DNA from: a virus
Lineage: Duplodnaviria; Caudoviricetes
Strand: one strand, 5' to 3'
DNA: 40,853 bases
IMG/VR virus record: IMGVR_UViG_3300048850_000030
Span: 1-40,853 of that record
Positions 7,809 to 17,385 of the stretch are shown piece by piece. Position 1 is the first letter of the stretch, and each line of letters begins with the position of its first letter. Position numbers and translations under genes: made by a program. The notes below the pieces were generated by a model. That model was not told where the DNA came from, did not search any database, and saw nothing but the letters and a program-made list of their open reading frames with translations.

Positions 7809-8536
7809 CCTTCTGCGTCTCCGCCACCTGGGACGATGTTCCCCACCTCACTGAGGATCAGAAGCAGAAGCTCTGGGACGCGATCCCGCCGCACATGCGC
7901 GATGCCCGCACCAAGGGCATCCCGGTCCTCGGCTCTGGTCGCGTCTTCCCTGTTGCCGAGGAAGAGATCCGCTGCAAGGCGTTCCCGGTCCCGAAATCCT
8001 GGCCGCAGATCGTCGGCATGGACTTTGGGTATGATCACCCCTTCGCTGCGGCCCGGTGCGCTTGGGACCGCGACAACGACGTTTGGTACGTGACGGCCGG
8101 CTACCGCAAGCGCGAGGCGACACCGGTCATCCACGCTGCTGCGATCAAGCCTTGGGGTGAGTGGATACCCTGTGCATGGCCTCACGACGGCCTGCAGCAC
8201 GACAAGGGCTCCGGCCTCGCCCTCGCTGAGCAGTACCGCGGACAGGGCCTTGCGATGTTGGACGAGCACGCCACCCACGAGGAAGGGGGCAACGGGCTCG
8301 AAGCTGGCCTGATCGAGATGCTGGACCGGATGCATACCGGTCGCTTCAAGGTCTTCGCGCAGTGCGAGGAATGGTTCGAGGAGTTCCGGCTCTATCACCG
8401 CGACAACGGCCGGGTGGTGAAGGAGCGGGACGATCTGATCAGCGCCGGGCGCTACGCCCTGATGATGCGTCGGCACGCGATCGTTGAGCCGAAGTCGCGG
8501 TCGTGGGGCCAGCCGAAAAGTGGGTGGGTGGTTTGA
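7805..8536 (+). CDS. terL: Terminase large subunit, lid + RNase H-like nuclease part (split gene, part 2)
   Basis: TWDDVPHL..RDARTKGIPVLGSGRVF, GMDFGYDHPFA, WPHDG, DDLISAGRYA; AAGG upstream of GTG 7805. Confidence 0.92.
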   Translation: MTFCVSATWDDVPHLTEDQKQKLWDAIPPHMRDARTKGIPVLGSGRVFPVAEEEIRCKAFPVPKSWPQIVGMDFGYDHPFAAARCAWDRDNDVWYVTAGYRKREATPVIHAAAIKPWGEWIPCAWPHDGLQHDKGSGLALAEQYRGQGLAMLDEHATHEEGGNGLEAGLIEMLDRMHTGRFKVFAQCEEWFEEFRLYHRDNGRVVKERDDLISAGRYALMMRRHAIVEPKSRSWGQPKSGWVV

Positions 8537-9066
8537 TGTTCCGACGCGCATTTGCGCGGGCGATGGCCTGCGCCGTCCTGCTTGCTGCGGGACCTGCTCT
8601 CGCGCAGACCCTCACAATGGGCAAGGTCAACACGGGCACTCCCTCGCTCGTGGCTGACCAGAACGTCCCTCTGCAACTTGATGCGACCGGTGCACTGAAA
8701 GTCACGGGCGGCGCTGGCGCAGCTACGGCAGCCAATCAGTCGTCTGCTGTAACCTTCGTTGATCAGAACGCCACTGCCGTTGGGGCGAGCGCCCCTGCAG
8801 TTGGCACGACCCGCAATATCGGTTCGGCCCCGCTGCTTTACACGCGGTTCAACGGGGTGTTCGTTGCCAATCAATCCGGCACGGTTCGGCTTGATGGCTC
8901 CAACGACGGAACGAGTTGGTTTTCGCTCGCTTCCACGAGCCATCCCGGCGGCGGCAGCTCTGTCACTGTGACCGCTCCGGTCGTTTTCACCAACTACCGC
9001 ACCGTGTTCGTCAACGGCGCGACGGCTGCGACCGTCAGCGTGTTTTCATCCTATACCGCGAACTGA
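8536..9066 (+). CDS. Signal-peptide, beta-rich protein (possible head spike or decoration)
   Basis: MFRRAFARAMACAVLLAAGPALA|Q; VRLDGSNDGTSWF. Confidence 0.7.
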   Translation: MFRRAFARAMACAVLLAAGPALAQTLTMGKVNTGTPSLVADQNVPLQLDATGALKVTGGAGAATAANQSSAVTFVDQNATAVGASAPAVGTTRNIGSAPLLYTRFNGVFVANQSGTVRLDGSNDGTSWFSLASTSHPGGGSSVTVTAPVVFTNYRTVFVNGATAATVSVFSSYTAN

Positions 9067-9075
9067 GAGGCCCCC

Positions 9076-9585
9076 ATGGGACGGCTCCTCATTGCTTTCG
9101 GTGTGGTGCTGGCGATCACCGCGCCGCTCTGCGCGCAGAGCTACCTCAACGGCCAGCCGCAGGTCGCTGTCTCGAACGTGCCCCCTCAGATGCCGTTCCG
9201 GCGCAACGGGCCGGGCGCGGCTCTTCCGGTGTTTACGACGCCGAGGACCTACGCGATTAATCAGCCGGCGGAAAACGCCTACGCCTACCGCGGGGTCAAC
9301 CTCTGCGGCGCTGATGTCGTCATTGAGACGGTGACTGTTTCAGCCCCGATCGCGACGCAGCCGGCAACCTTCAATGGCAAGGAGATCCCCGGCGTTCTCC
9401 AAGTCACATCCGCGAGTGGAAGCGTGAACGAGTTTACTGGCTCGGTCTTTCTGGCTCGCACCTCACGGAATTTCAGCAGCTCTCCCAACCCGATGGGCGG
9501 CTCCACCCGCTACGTCTCCATCATGGCCTTGGACGAGCTTCCGAAGCCCTGCACGTTCCGCCTTCAGTACGGTGGGGGCAATTGA
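9076..9585 (+). CDS. Signal-peptide hypothetical protein
   Basis: [20 protein letters not shown]|Q; GAGG RBS. Confidence 0.7.
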   Translation: MGRLLIAFGVVLAITAPLCAQSYLNGQPQVAVSNVPPQMPFRRNGPGAALPVFTTPRTYAINQPAENAYAYRGVNLCGADVVIETVTVSAPIATQPATFNGKEIPGVLQVTSASGSVNEFTGSVFLARTSRNFSSSPNPMGGSTRYVSIMALDELPKPCTFRLQYGGGN

Positions 9586-10229
9586 TGCGTCCGATCGTCG
9601 GCGCAGTCCTGCTCGCGCTTCTCGCTGGCCCTGCGCTCGCGCAGGAGGGCTCGCCCGGTGTGGGGCCGATGGGGCCGACTGGTTCGCAGGGCGTGCAGGG
9701 GCCGAAGGGAGACGCTGGTGCCCAAGGTGCAATGGGGCCTGCCGGGCCGCAAGGCCCGGCAGGCAATCAGGGAAGCCCTGGTCCTGCGGGACCAAGCGGC
9801 GCGACTGGTGCTCAAGGGCCCGCGGGGCCGAAGGGCGAAGCGGGCGCACAAGGGCCTGCTGGCGCCGTTGGCCCCGCCGGTCCTGCGGGTGCCGTGGGCG
9901 CAACCGGTCAGGTGGGACCAGTAGGCGCAACTGGAGCAACGGGTGCGACTGGTCCTGCCGGCACACCACGCCGTGTTGAGCGCTACACCGCCACCAGCAA
10001 CACCAGCGGCGTCGCGACGTACTCCTGGCCCGCCTGCACGACCGCGCCCGACGTGGACATCATCCACGGCTGGGTTGGCGACCAGATGACCGGCGGCGGC
10101 GTGACGTCTCAGACCCTTTCCGGAGCGACTGTCTTGGTGAAGCGCTCCCGCGGCACGCTGCTTCTGACGAGCGGTCCGTTTGAGACGGCGCCCAGCACCG
10201 CGCTCACCATTCGAGTGATCTGCAACTGA
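9585..10229 (+). CDS. Collagen-like (Gly-X-Y) protein with signal peptide
   Basis: [19 protein letters not shown]|Q then about 33 uninterrupted G-X-Y triplets and a C-terminal beta domain with 2 Cys. Confidence 0.9.
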   Translation: MRPIVGAVLLALLAGPALAQEGSPGVGPMGPTGSQGVQGPKGDAGAQGAMGPAGPQGPAGNQGSPGPAGPSGATGAQGPAGPKGEAGAQGPAGAVGPAGPAGAVGATGQVGPVGATGATGATGPAGTPRRVERYTATSNTSGVATYSWPACTTAPDVDIIHGWVGDQMTGGGVTSQTLSGATVLVKRSRGTLLLTSGPFETAPSTALTIRVICN

Positions 10230-12349
10230 TGGCTCACCCCAAGCCAGTCACAGAGAAGGATCTGCTTCGGCTCCTTGATGAGGAGATCGCGGGCGGTGTG
10301 ACCTTCGACAACGACGACAAGGGCGACCGCCGCTCCGACGCGCTCGACTACTACGACGGCATCATGCGGGATCTGAAGGCTGAGAAAGGCCGATCCTCCA
10401 TCGTGTCGCGTGACGTGGCCGACGTGATCGACACGATGCTGCCGGGCCTGATGCGCGTGTTTGCAGGCGCTGGGCAGCTCGGCAAGTACGAGCCGGCCAA
10501 GCCCGAGGATGAGGCGGCGGCCGCGCAAGCAACCGATTACGTCAACTACGTCCTGACCAATGAGTGCGACGGCTACCTGCTGCTGCACACATGGATTAAG
10601 GATGGCCTGCAGATCCGCAACGGCATCGTCAAATGCTGGTGGGACACGACTCCTGAGGAAGAGGTCGAGGACCTAACGGGGCAGACCGAGGACGAGATCA
10701 CGCTCCTGATGCAGGATCAGGGCATCGACATCCTCGGCCATCAAGAGCGGGTGGTGTTCATCCGCAACCCGATGACGGGCGCTACTGACCCGATCCGCGT
10801 GTTTGACCTGCGCATCCGCCGCTACAGCGATGGCGGGCGCTTGCGGGTCGAGCCGGTGCCGCCCGAGGACTTCGGGATCTCGGCCAAGGCCCGTTCGATC
10901 GAGACCGCGCGCTGCGTCTGGCAGAAGACCCGGATGACGCGCTCGGACCTGATCAAGCAGGGCTATCCGCGCGACAAGATCGATGACCTCCCGGCTTGGG
11001 ACCGCCCCGCGCACGAGAGCCATGCCGATCGCGACCGCGAAGCCAACGCTGACTGCTCCTCCGGGCGCGATGACGGCGCGATGGCCGAAATCGAGATCAC
11101 CGAGGCTTACGTTTACGCCGATCTGAACGGCGACGGCGTGGCCGAGAGCCTGAAGGTGGTGACAGCTGGCGGCAATGGCGGGCGAAAGCTGCTGGAAGCC
11201 GTCGAGTGGCCGGACGACCGCCCCTTCGTTGATTGGACGCCGCAGCCTGTCCCGCACCGCTGGATGGGCCAGTCCGCCGCCGACAATGTGATGGACCTGC
11301 AGCGGGTGAAGACGGCGCTCTGGCGCGGCGGGCTCGACAACATTTATGCGCAGAACCGACCGCAGCGCGGCGTGAACGCGGACAAGATCGTTGACCCTGA
11401 CGAGGTCTTAAACCCGGTCTTCGGCGGCATCATCCGCACCAAGGAAGCCCCGGCGTCGGTCATCCAAGACCTGACTGTCCCGAATATCGCCAACGTAACG
11501 CTCGGCGCCATCCAGGCGGTTGACGGCATCATTCAGCGCCGCACAGGCATTTCAGGCGCTACAGCCTCGCTCGACGCGACCGCGCTAGAGCCGCAGACCG
11601 CCACGGCCGAGCAGCTTGAGCACGACGCCTCGTATGCTCGGGTCGAGATGATCGCCCGCAACATGGCGGAACTCGGCCTCAAGAAGCTGTTCGCCAAGCT
11701 CCTTCGCATTATCGTGCGCAATCAGGACCGTCCGCGCACCATCCGCCTGCGCAACGAGTGGGTCGCCTTCGATCCGCGCTCGTGGAACGCGGCGATGGAC
11801 GTGAGCGTGAACGTGGGCCTTGGCACTGGCTCGCGTGAGCGCGATCTGAAGATGCTCGGCGGCATCGCAGCTCGGCAAGAGGCGATCATCCAGCGGCTTG
11901 GACCGGACAACCCGGTGGTCAAGCCCTCGATGTACGTCCGCACGCTGCACAAGATGGTTGAGGCGGCGGGCCTTCGGGATGCCGACAGCTATTTCGCCAG
12001 CCTCACCGACGAGGACTTCGCGCAGTGGATGGCTTCCCGTCCGCAGCCGACCGATCCGCGCGCTGATGCGGCGCAAGCCCGCCTTGCCGCCGACCAGCAG
12101 AAGACCGCGGCTCGGGTGCAGGGCGACCGTGAAAAGCAGGCGGCCGACATCACCCTCGACCGCGAGCGGCAGGCCACCGAGCTTCAGATGGAGCGCGAGC
12201 GGCTTGAGCAGGAGTTCGCTCTGAAGACCGAGCAGATGAACCGCGAGTTCCAGCTTCGCATGACGGAGATGGAGCGGGAGACGCAGCTTCGTGCCGCCCA
12301 GATCGCGACCGGCGTGGCTGGCGTGTCGAGCAACATCCCGAGGCAGTGA
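10229..12349 (+). CDS. Portal protein
   Basis: 706 aa; ALDYYDG..GRSSIVSRDVAD, GIVKCWW, EPVPPEDF, VNVGLGTG; C-terminal coiled-coil barrel. Confidence 0.92.
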   Translation: MAHPKPVTEKDLLRLLDEEIAGGVTFDNDDKGDRRSDALDYYDGIMRDLKAEKGRSSIVSRDVADVIDTMLPGLMRVFAGAGQLGKYEPAKPEDEAAAAQATDYVNYVLTNECDGYLLLHTWIKDGLQIRNGIVKCWWDTTPEEEVEDLTGQTEDEITLLMQDQGIDILGHQERVVFIRNPMTGATDPIRVFDLRIRRYSDGGRLRVEPVPPEDFGISAKARSIETARCVWQKTRMTRSDLIKQGYPRDKIDDLPAWDRPAHESHADRDREANADCSSGRDDGAMAEIEITEAYVYADLNGDGVAESLKVVTAGGNGGRKLLEAVEWPDDRPFVDWTPQPVPHRWMGQSAADNVMDLQRVKTALWRGGLDNIYAQNRPQRGVNADKIVDPDEVLNPVFGGIIRTKEAPASVIQDLTVPNIANVTLGAIQAVDGIIQRRTGISGATASLDATALEPQTATAEQLEHDASYARVEMIARNMAELGLKKLFAKLLRIIVRNQDRPRTIRLRNEWVAFDPRSWNAAMDVSVNVGLGTGSRERDLKMLGGIAARQEAIIQRLGPDNPVVKPSMYVRTLHKMVEAAGLRDADSYFASLTDEDFAQWMASRPQPTDPRADAAQARLAADQQKTAARVQGDREKQAADITLDRERQATELQMERERLEQEFALKTEQMNREFQLRMTEMERETQLRAAQIATGVAGVSSNIPRQ

Positions 12350-12642
12350 TGGAAAACTTGTCCTCAAAGGGCAAAGGCGCGTGGTCCACCGTCTGTAACC
12401 AGTCTGCCGAATTTTACGAGACGGTAGACCCCACCGGGTGCCGAGAACTCGTGGATCTCGGCCTGATGGAAGAGGTGAAGCAAAACCGATCGCGGGTGTC
12501 GTTCAAGCTGACCGCTCGCGGGCACCTTGCCAAGCAATATGACCGGCTCCTGATGCTGGCGCATGAGCCCCACAACTTCATGCCGGGCCATGCGTTTGAA
12601 GCCATCCGGCATATTCTAATCCGGCTTGGACCACCCGTCTGA
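12346..12642 (+). CDS. Hypothetical protein, possible winged helix
   Basis: ELVDLGL...FKLTARG; coupled to both neighbours. Confidence 0.6.
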   Translation: MMENLSSKGKGAWSTVCNQSAEFYETVDPTGCRELVDLGLMEEVKQNRSRVSFKLTARGHLAKQYDRLLMLAHEPHNFMPGHAFEAIRHILIRLGPPV

Positions 12643-12893
12643 TGTCCGCCACCGACCACCGCGCCCGCGCTATCCGCGCCGAGCAACTGCTTGGCGACGA
12701 GCTTCTGACCGAAGCTCTGGCCGAGATCGAGACTGCCGCCCTTGAGGCTCTAGCCTCTGCCAACGTTTCCGACTTCCCCGCGCTTCAGCGCCACACGGCC
12801 GAACTTCAGGCCGCCCGAGCCGTGCGTGACCGGCTCAAGTCCATCGTCACGCAGACCAAGTTCAGCGACCGCGAAGCCCCTTCCGTCGCCTGA
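12642..12893 (+). CDS. Small phage head-region protein
   Basis: RAEQLLGDELLTEAL; typical position between portal and scaffold. Confidence 0.75.
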   Translation: MSATDHRARAIRAEQLLGDELLTEALAEIETAALEALASANVSDFPALQRHTAELQAARAVRDRLKSIVTQTKFSDREAPSVA

Positions 12894-12916
12894 CCCCCTC
12901 CCACTGAGAGATCCCC

Positions 12917-14050
12917 ATGTCAGATCGCAATACCTCGGCTCCGGCCGAGACTGCGGACGCACGTCCCGAGGACATCCGCAGCATCGCCAACGACCTTCCC
13001 AACGATGCGTTCGGGTTCGAGGACGACGATGATGCTGGCAGCGAAGGCGAGGGCGGAGAACAGCAGGAGCCGGCCCGCACCGAGCGCGCCCGGCAGCAGC
13101 CACGCGGTGAGGGCGGCCGGTTCGCTCCCCAAGGTGAGCTTGTGGAAGGCGAAGGCGAGGCTGAGCCCAGCGAGGAAGGACAGGGCGAGGCCGAGGGAGA
13201 GGCGGAACAAGCCGACGACGGCACCGACGCCGAGCCCGAGGCGAAGGCGGATGACGAGAAGGACGACAGGGGCAAGAAGCAGCCCTCGTTCTCCATCGAG
13301 ATCGACGGCCAGAGCTACAGCGCCGAGGACGTGCGGCGCGGCTTCCTCCGGCAGGACGACTACACCCGCAAGACGCAGGAGATCGCCCAGCACCGGCAGA
13401 CGATCCAGCAGGAGGCCCAGCGCATCCAGGCGCACGAGCAGGAGCTTGTCGGCGTTCTGGACATCGCCGTGGCCGCCCTGCGCGATACTCTGCCGGCTCA
13501 GCCCGATATGGCGCTGCTGGACACCGACCCGGTGGCCTACAGCCGCCAGATGGCCCAACACCAAGCCGGCGTGCAGCGGCTTCAAGCCCTCGCCGCGCAG
13601 CAGCAGCAGGTCGGCCAGCGCCAGACCGCGCAGCAGCAGGAACAGACCCGCCAGCAGCAGGAGCAGGAACGCCGCTCGCTGGTCGAGGCACAGGATACCC
13701 TCCGGCAGAAGATGCCGGCCCTCTTCACGGAGCAAGGCCGGACGGAATTTCTGACGCGAGTGGAGAAGTACGGCGAGAAGCTTGGGCTCGGCCGAGGCGA
13801 CATTGACAGGATCCAGGACCCCAGGGCCTTCCCTGTGCTGGACATGGCGATGAAGTACCTCGACCTGCAGGCCAAGAAGCCCGCCGCGGTAGACCGCGTG
13901 AAGTCGGCGCCTCCGATCCGCCCCGCCGCACGGCCGGGAGCGGGCACCCGTGAAGGTCAGGTCAGACGCGACGCGGATCAGCGGTTCAGACAGAACCCCG
14001 ACATCAAAAGCGCGCTCGCGACGGGTGTGCTCGATGACGTGTTCGGCTGA
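12917..14050 (+). CDS. Capsid scaffolding protein
   Basis: Acidic N-terminus, IEIDGQ..GFLRQDDYTRKTQE, Gln-rich coil; precedes the capsid gene. Confidence 0.88.
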   Translation: MSDRNTSAPAETADARPEDIRSIANDLPNDAFGFEDDDDAGSEGEGGEQQEPARTERARQQPRGEGGRFAPQGELVEGEGEAEPSEEGQGEAEGEAEQADDGTDAEPEAKADDEKDDRGKKQPSFSIEIDGQSYSAEDVRRGFLRQDDYTRKTQEIAQHRQTIQQEAQRIQAHEQELVGVLDIAVAALRDTLPAQPDMALLDTDPVAYSRQMAQHQAGVQRLQALAAQQQQVGQRQTAQQQEQTRQQQEQERRSLVEAQDTLRQKMPALFTEQGRTEFLTRVEKYGEKLGLGRGDIDRIQDPRAFPVLDMAMKYLDLQAKKPAAVDRVKSAPPIRPAARPGAGTREGQVRRDADQRFRQNPDIKSALATGVLDDVFG

Positions 14051-14115
14051 ACCATCCCAGACATCGCCAGCCGCTTGAGCCCTGCGGGGCCGCGGCCGAC
14101 TGATCCGAGGACGCC

Positions 14116-15078
14116 ATGGCACAGCTTGCCGGCACCACCGACACCTATGACTCGAAGGGCATCCGCGAGGACCTTCAAGACAAGATCTATATGATCAACA
14201 AGGCGGACACGCCTTTCATCTCCAACATCGGCCGCACGAAGGTGGACTCCACCAAGCATGAGTGGCAGCTCGACACGCTGGCTCCGGCCGATGCGAACAA
14301 CGCATTCCCCGAAGGTGACGAGTACACTTACGCGGATGTGAACCCGCCGGCCCGCGTCGGCAACTACACGCAGATCTCGCGCAAGACGATCCTCATCTCC
14401 GGCACGCTGGAGGAGGTGAAGAAGGCGGGCCGCTCGTCCGAGATGAAGTATCAGGCCATGAAGAAGGGCCTGGAACTGAAGAAGGATCAGGAGGTCATCC
14501 TTCTGGGCTCGCAGGCGTCCAACGCAGGCGCTTCGGCGGGTGCAACGGCGCGTCGTCTCGGCGGCTTCTCGGCGTGGCTGACCACCAACGTCTCCCGCGG
14601 TGCGGGCGGCGCGAACGGCGGCTTCAACTCGGGTACCGGCCTCGTGGCGGCGCCCACTGCCGGCACGGCTCGGGCATGGACCGAGGGCATGCTCAAGGAC
14701 ATGCAGCAGGCGGCTTATGCTGCCGGCGGCGGCCCCAGCATGATCATGATGCCGGTGGCGCAGAAGCGCGTGTTCTCGTCGTTCCCTGGCATTGCTCAGA
14801 ACCGCCGGGACACGGGCGACAAGGCGGCCACCATCGTGGCGGCGGCGGATGTCTACCTCGGTGACTTCGGGCGCCTTGCCACGGTCCCCAATCGGCAGAT
14901 GCCGAACGGCTCCGTGCTTGGCATCGACCCGGATTACGTCGAGCTGGGCTACCTCCGCCCCATGTTCGTGGACAAGCCCGCCAAGACCGGCGACGCGTGG
15001 AAGACCGTGATGGTCGCCGAGTACACGCTCGTCGTGCAGAACGAAGCCGCCCACTTCGGGATCTTCGACCTCTCGTAA
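14116..15078 (+). CDS. Major capsid protein (DUF5309/SU10-like)
   Basis: REDLQDKIYMI..TPF, HEWQLDTL, NYTQISRK, AKTGDA..VAEYTL; strong codon bias; GAGG RBS. Confidence 0.92.
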   Translation: MAQLAGTTDTYDSKGIREDLQDKIYMINKADTPFISNIGRTKVDSTKHEWQLDTLAPADANNAFPEGDEYTYADVNPPARVGNYTQISRKTILISGTLEEVKKAGRSSEMKYQAMKKGLELKKDQEVILLGSQASNAGASAGATARRLGGFSAWLTTNVSRGAGGANGGFNSGTGLVAAPTAGTARAWTEGMLKDMQQAAYAAGGGPSMIMMPVAQKRVFSSFPGIAQNRRDTGDKAATIVAAADVYLGDFGRLATVPNRQMPNGSVLGIDPDYVELGYLRPMFVDKPAKTGDAWKTVMVAEYTLVVQNEAAHFGIFDLS

Positions 15079-15147
15079 GCCCTCCCGCAACCCTGACGAC
15101 AGCGCGCCAGCCCTCCGCGGTCGGCCGCTGGCGCATGGAGAAAGACC

Positions 15148-15591
15148 ATGGCAGACAAGCTCAAGCCGCAGGGCAATCCGCCCGTCATCGACACCAGCAA
15201 GCTCGTGGACGCCAAGCCCGATCCGCGCGGCGACAACCGGCCGGGCGTCTATCCGGATGCCCCGCAGGACGGCATCGATCCGATCACCAACCTGCGCGAG
15301 GATCTGGTCGATCCCGAGACCCGTCTTCCGAAGCCGGTCGGCGATCTGCCGGCCGAGCCGCTGAACCCGGCCCCCGCCGACGTTCCGCGCACGGCTGCGG
15401 CCAAGAAGCCGAAGGGCAAGATGGTCCGCATGATCGCCGTCGCCGACATCTGGCCGCACAACAAGCCGGACGGCTACGCGGACGACCAAGAGTACCGCGT
15501 CAAGGCTGGCGAAGAGGTCGAGCTTCCCGAAGAGGAGGCGATGGACCGCATGGAGGCGGGCACCGCCAAGCGTGCGGATCGCCGCGGCTAA
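15148..15591 (+). CDS. Head-associated hypothetical protein
   Basis: GGAG RBS; Pro-rich N-terminus, KAGEEVELPEEEA; follows the capsid gene. Confidence 0.75.
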   Translation: MADKLKPQGNPPVIDTSKLVDAKPDPRGDNRPGVYPDAPQDGIDPITNLREDLVDPETRLPKPVGDLPAEPLNPAPADVPRTAAAKKPKGKMVRMIAVADIWPHNKPDGYADDQEYRVKAGEEVELPEEEAMDRMEAGTAKRADRRG

Positions 15592-15986
15592 TGGCCGAAG
15601 CGCTCGACACGATGGACATGGACGGGATGCTGGCCGCCACGGCTGGCATCCCCGACATGCCGCTCGAATACACCGCTGACGGCTGGTGTGTGCTCCAGCG
15701 CGACCGCGATACCGGTCGTGAGGTGCACATGCTGGACGACGGCGACAAGATGCACATCCGCGAGATGGTGCCGACCGATCAGCTGGTGGCGGAGAACGCT
15801 GCCATGCGGGCGGAGAACGCCGGCAAGCGGCACGGCGACGGCATGTCTCTCGTTGCCCGCGTGCCGCTCAACGTCTTCCACAACCGGCTCGGCGAGGCTC
15901 TGCGGCAGGGCGATGACGCCTTCCTGCGCCGCTGGCTCAACGACCCGGATCACGCGGCCTTCCGCACTCGTGATGGGCGGATCTGA
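15591..15986 (+). CDS. Phage head-region protein
   Basis: TAATG coupling; VARVP..RRWLNDPDHAAFRT. Confidence 0.75.
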   Translation: MAEALDTMDMDGMLAATAGIPDMPLEYTADGWCVLQRDRDTGREVHMLDDGDKMHIREMVPTDQLVAENAAMRAENAGKRHGDGMSLVARVPLNVFHNRLGEALRQGDDAFLRRWLNDPDHAAFRTRDGRI

Positions 15987-16708
15987 TGACCGTCTCCGAC
16001 CTGCCGAGCCTCGTTGCTGCGATTGAAGACTATCTGGAACGCGCCGATCTCGCGACGCGCATCCCGACCTTCGTCCAGTTGGCCGAGCGCCGCATTCATC
16101 GCAGGCTCGACATCTCCGACAACGAGACGATGATCCGCTTGGATCTCGTCGGCGGGCGGGCGCCGCTGCCGAACGATTACGCCGCGTGGCGCTCCATCAT
16201 GGGGCCTTGGGGCGGCAGTCTAGACTATCTCAGTCCGCACGCCTTTGTCGGCCGCTACGGGGCCTCCTACGGGCTCCGCAGGCGCCAGGGCGACGGCTAC
16301 GACTACGTTGCGGACGGAACGGCCTGCTATGGCGGGCGCCCTGGCTGGTTCACCATCATCGGCTCGGTGCCGTTGGACGACATTGACGCCGATCCGAGCG
16401 TCTGGCTCGGCGACTTGGATCAGCCCTTCCTTCTCGTCGGCCCGGCCGGCAACGGAGAAGTCAGCATCGTCTACCGCCAGGGCATCCCACCCCTGACGGA
16501 TGCGGAGCCGGTCAACCGGTTCCTGCTGAAGAACCCCGACCTCTACCTCTACGGCGCCCTGATCGAGGCCGAGCCGTTCCTTCGGAACGATGCGCGGCTG
16601 ATGACATGGAAGGGGCTGTTCGAGGAAGCCTTGGACAACATCACGACGCTTGACCGCGCCGCCCGCTGGGGGCGTGCCCGCATGGTCGCGTCCGAGCCCA
16701 CGCCGTAA
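15986..16708 (+). CDS. Head-tail adaptor protein, paralog 1
   Basis: LVAAIEDYLERADL..FVQLAE; LPNDY; PDLYLYGAL. Confidence 0.8.
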   Translation: MTVSDLPSLVAAIEDYLERADLATRIPTFVQLAERRIHRRLDISDNETMIRLDLVGGRAPLPNDYAAWRSIMGPWGGSLDYLSPHAFVGRYGASYGLRRRQGDGYDYVADGTACYGGRPGWFTIIGSVPLDDIDADPSVWLGDLDQPFLLVGPAGNGEVSIVYRQGIPPLTDAEPVNRFLLKNPDLYLYGALIEAEPFLRNDARLMTWKGLFEEALDNITTLDRAARWGRARMVASEPTP

Positions 16709-16723
16709 GGCCGGAGACCGCCT

Positions 16724-17383
16724 GTGGCCGATCCCATCACGAACTATCCGACACTCGTTGCGGCCGTCGAAGAATATCTCGCACGCCCCGACCTGCAGAG
16801 CTATGCGCGCATCTTCATCCAGCAGGCCGAGGGGCGGTTCAACACCGACCTGAAGGTCGTGGACATGCACAAGTCCACTGGACCCATCCCCTCTGAGAAC
16901 GCAAAGATTGACCTGCCTGCCGATTTTATCGACTGGGTTGCCGTTGAGTGGGATCCCGCTGCCGGGAAGACGCAGCGCCCGTTGATGTTGCGCTATGTGG
17001 AGCCGGACTCGCCTGAGTTTCGCAATAGGCACCGCCCCAACGGGCCGCCTCAGTTCTACACCCTGCTCGCGGGCAAGCTGCGCTTTATGCCGAACGCTCC
17101 TGGCTTCGTAGATCTTACCTATTACGCGCGCATCCCGTCGCTGTCTGCAACTCAGCCGACAAATTGGCTCATCCAGAAGGCGCCGGAGGTCTACCTCTAC
17201 GGCACACTCATGGAGGCCGCTCTCTTCCAAAAGGACGAGGAGCGCTCGGCGCAGTGGCTCGGGCTGGTGAAGGAGCGCCTGGGCGCGATCTTCGGGCAGG
17301 CCGACACGCAGAAGACGGGCGTTCGTACCACGCGGCCTGTCGTAGCTGCCGCTGAGACGGCCGCCGCCAAGGCGGTGAGCTGA
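16724..17383 (+). CDS. Head-tail adaptor protein, paralog 2
   Basis: LVAAVEEYLARPDL..FIQQAE; LPADF; NWLIQKAPEVYLYGTL. Confidence 0.8.
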   Translation: MADPITNYPTLVAAVEEYLARPDLQSYARIFIQQAEGRFNTDLKVVDMHKSTGPIPSENAKIDLPADFIDWVAVEWDPAAGKTQRPLMLRYVEPDSPEFRNRHRPNGPPQFYTLLAGKLRFMPNAPGFVDLTYYARIPSLSATQPTNWLIQKAPEVYLYGTLMEAALFQKDEERSAQWLGLVKERLGAIFGQADTQKTGVRTTRPVVAAAETAAAKAVS

Positions 17384-17385
17384 CC

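Noticed and set aside
9660-9965. Nucleotide tandem repeat
   Set aside because: Fully explained by Gly-X-Y collagen coding
13978-15489. Long antisense ORFs (also 7289-8551, 12920-14122, 16220-17443, 21380-22792)
   Set aside because: Shadow frames of GC-rich, codon-biased genes; no recognisable motifs
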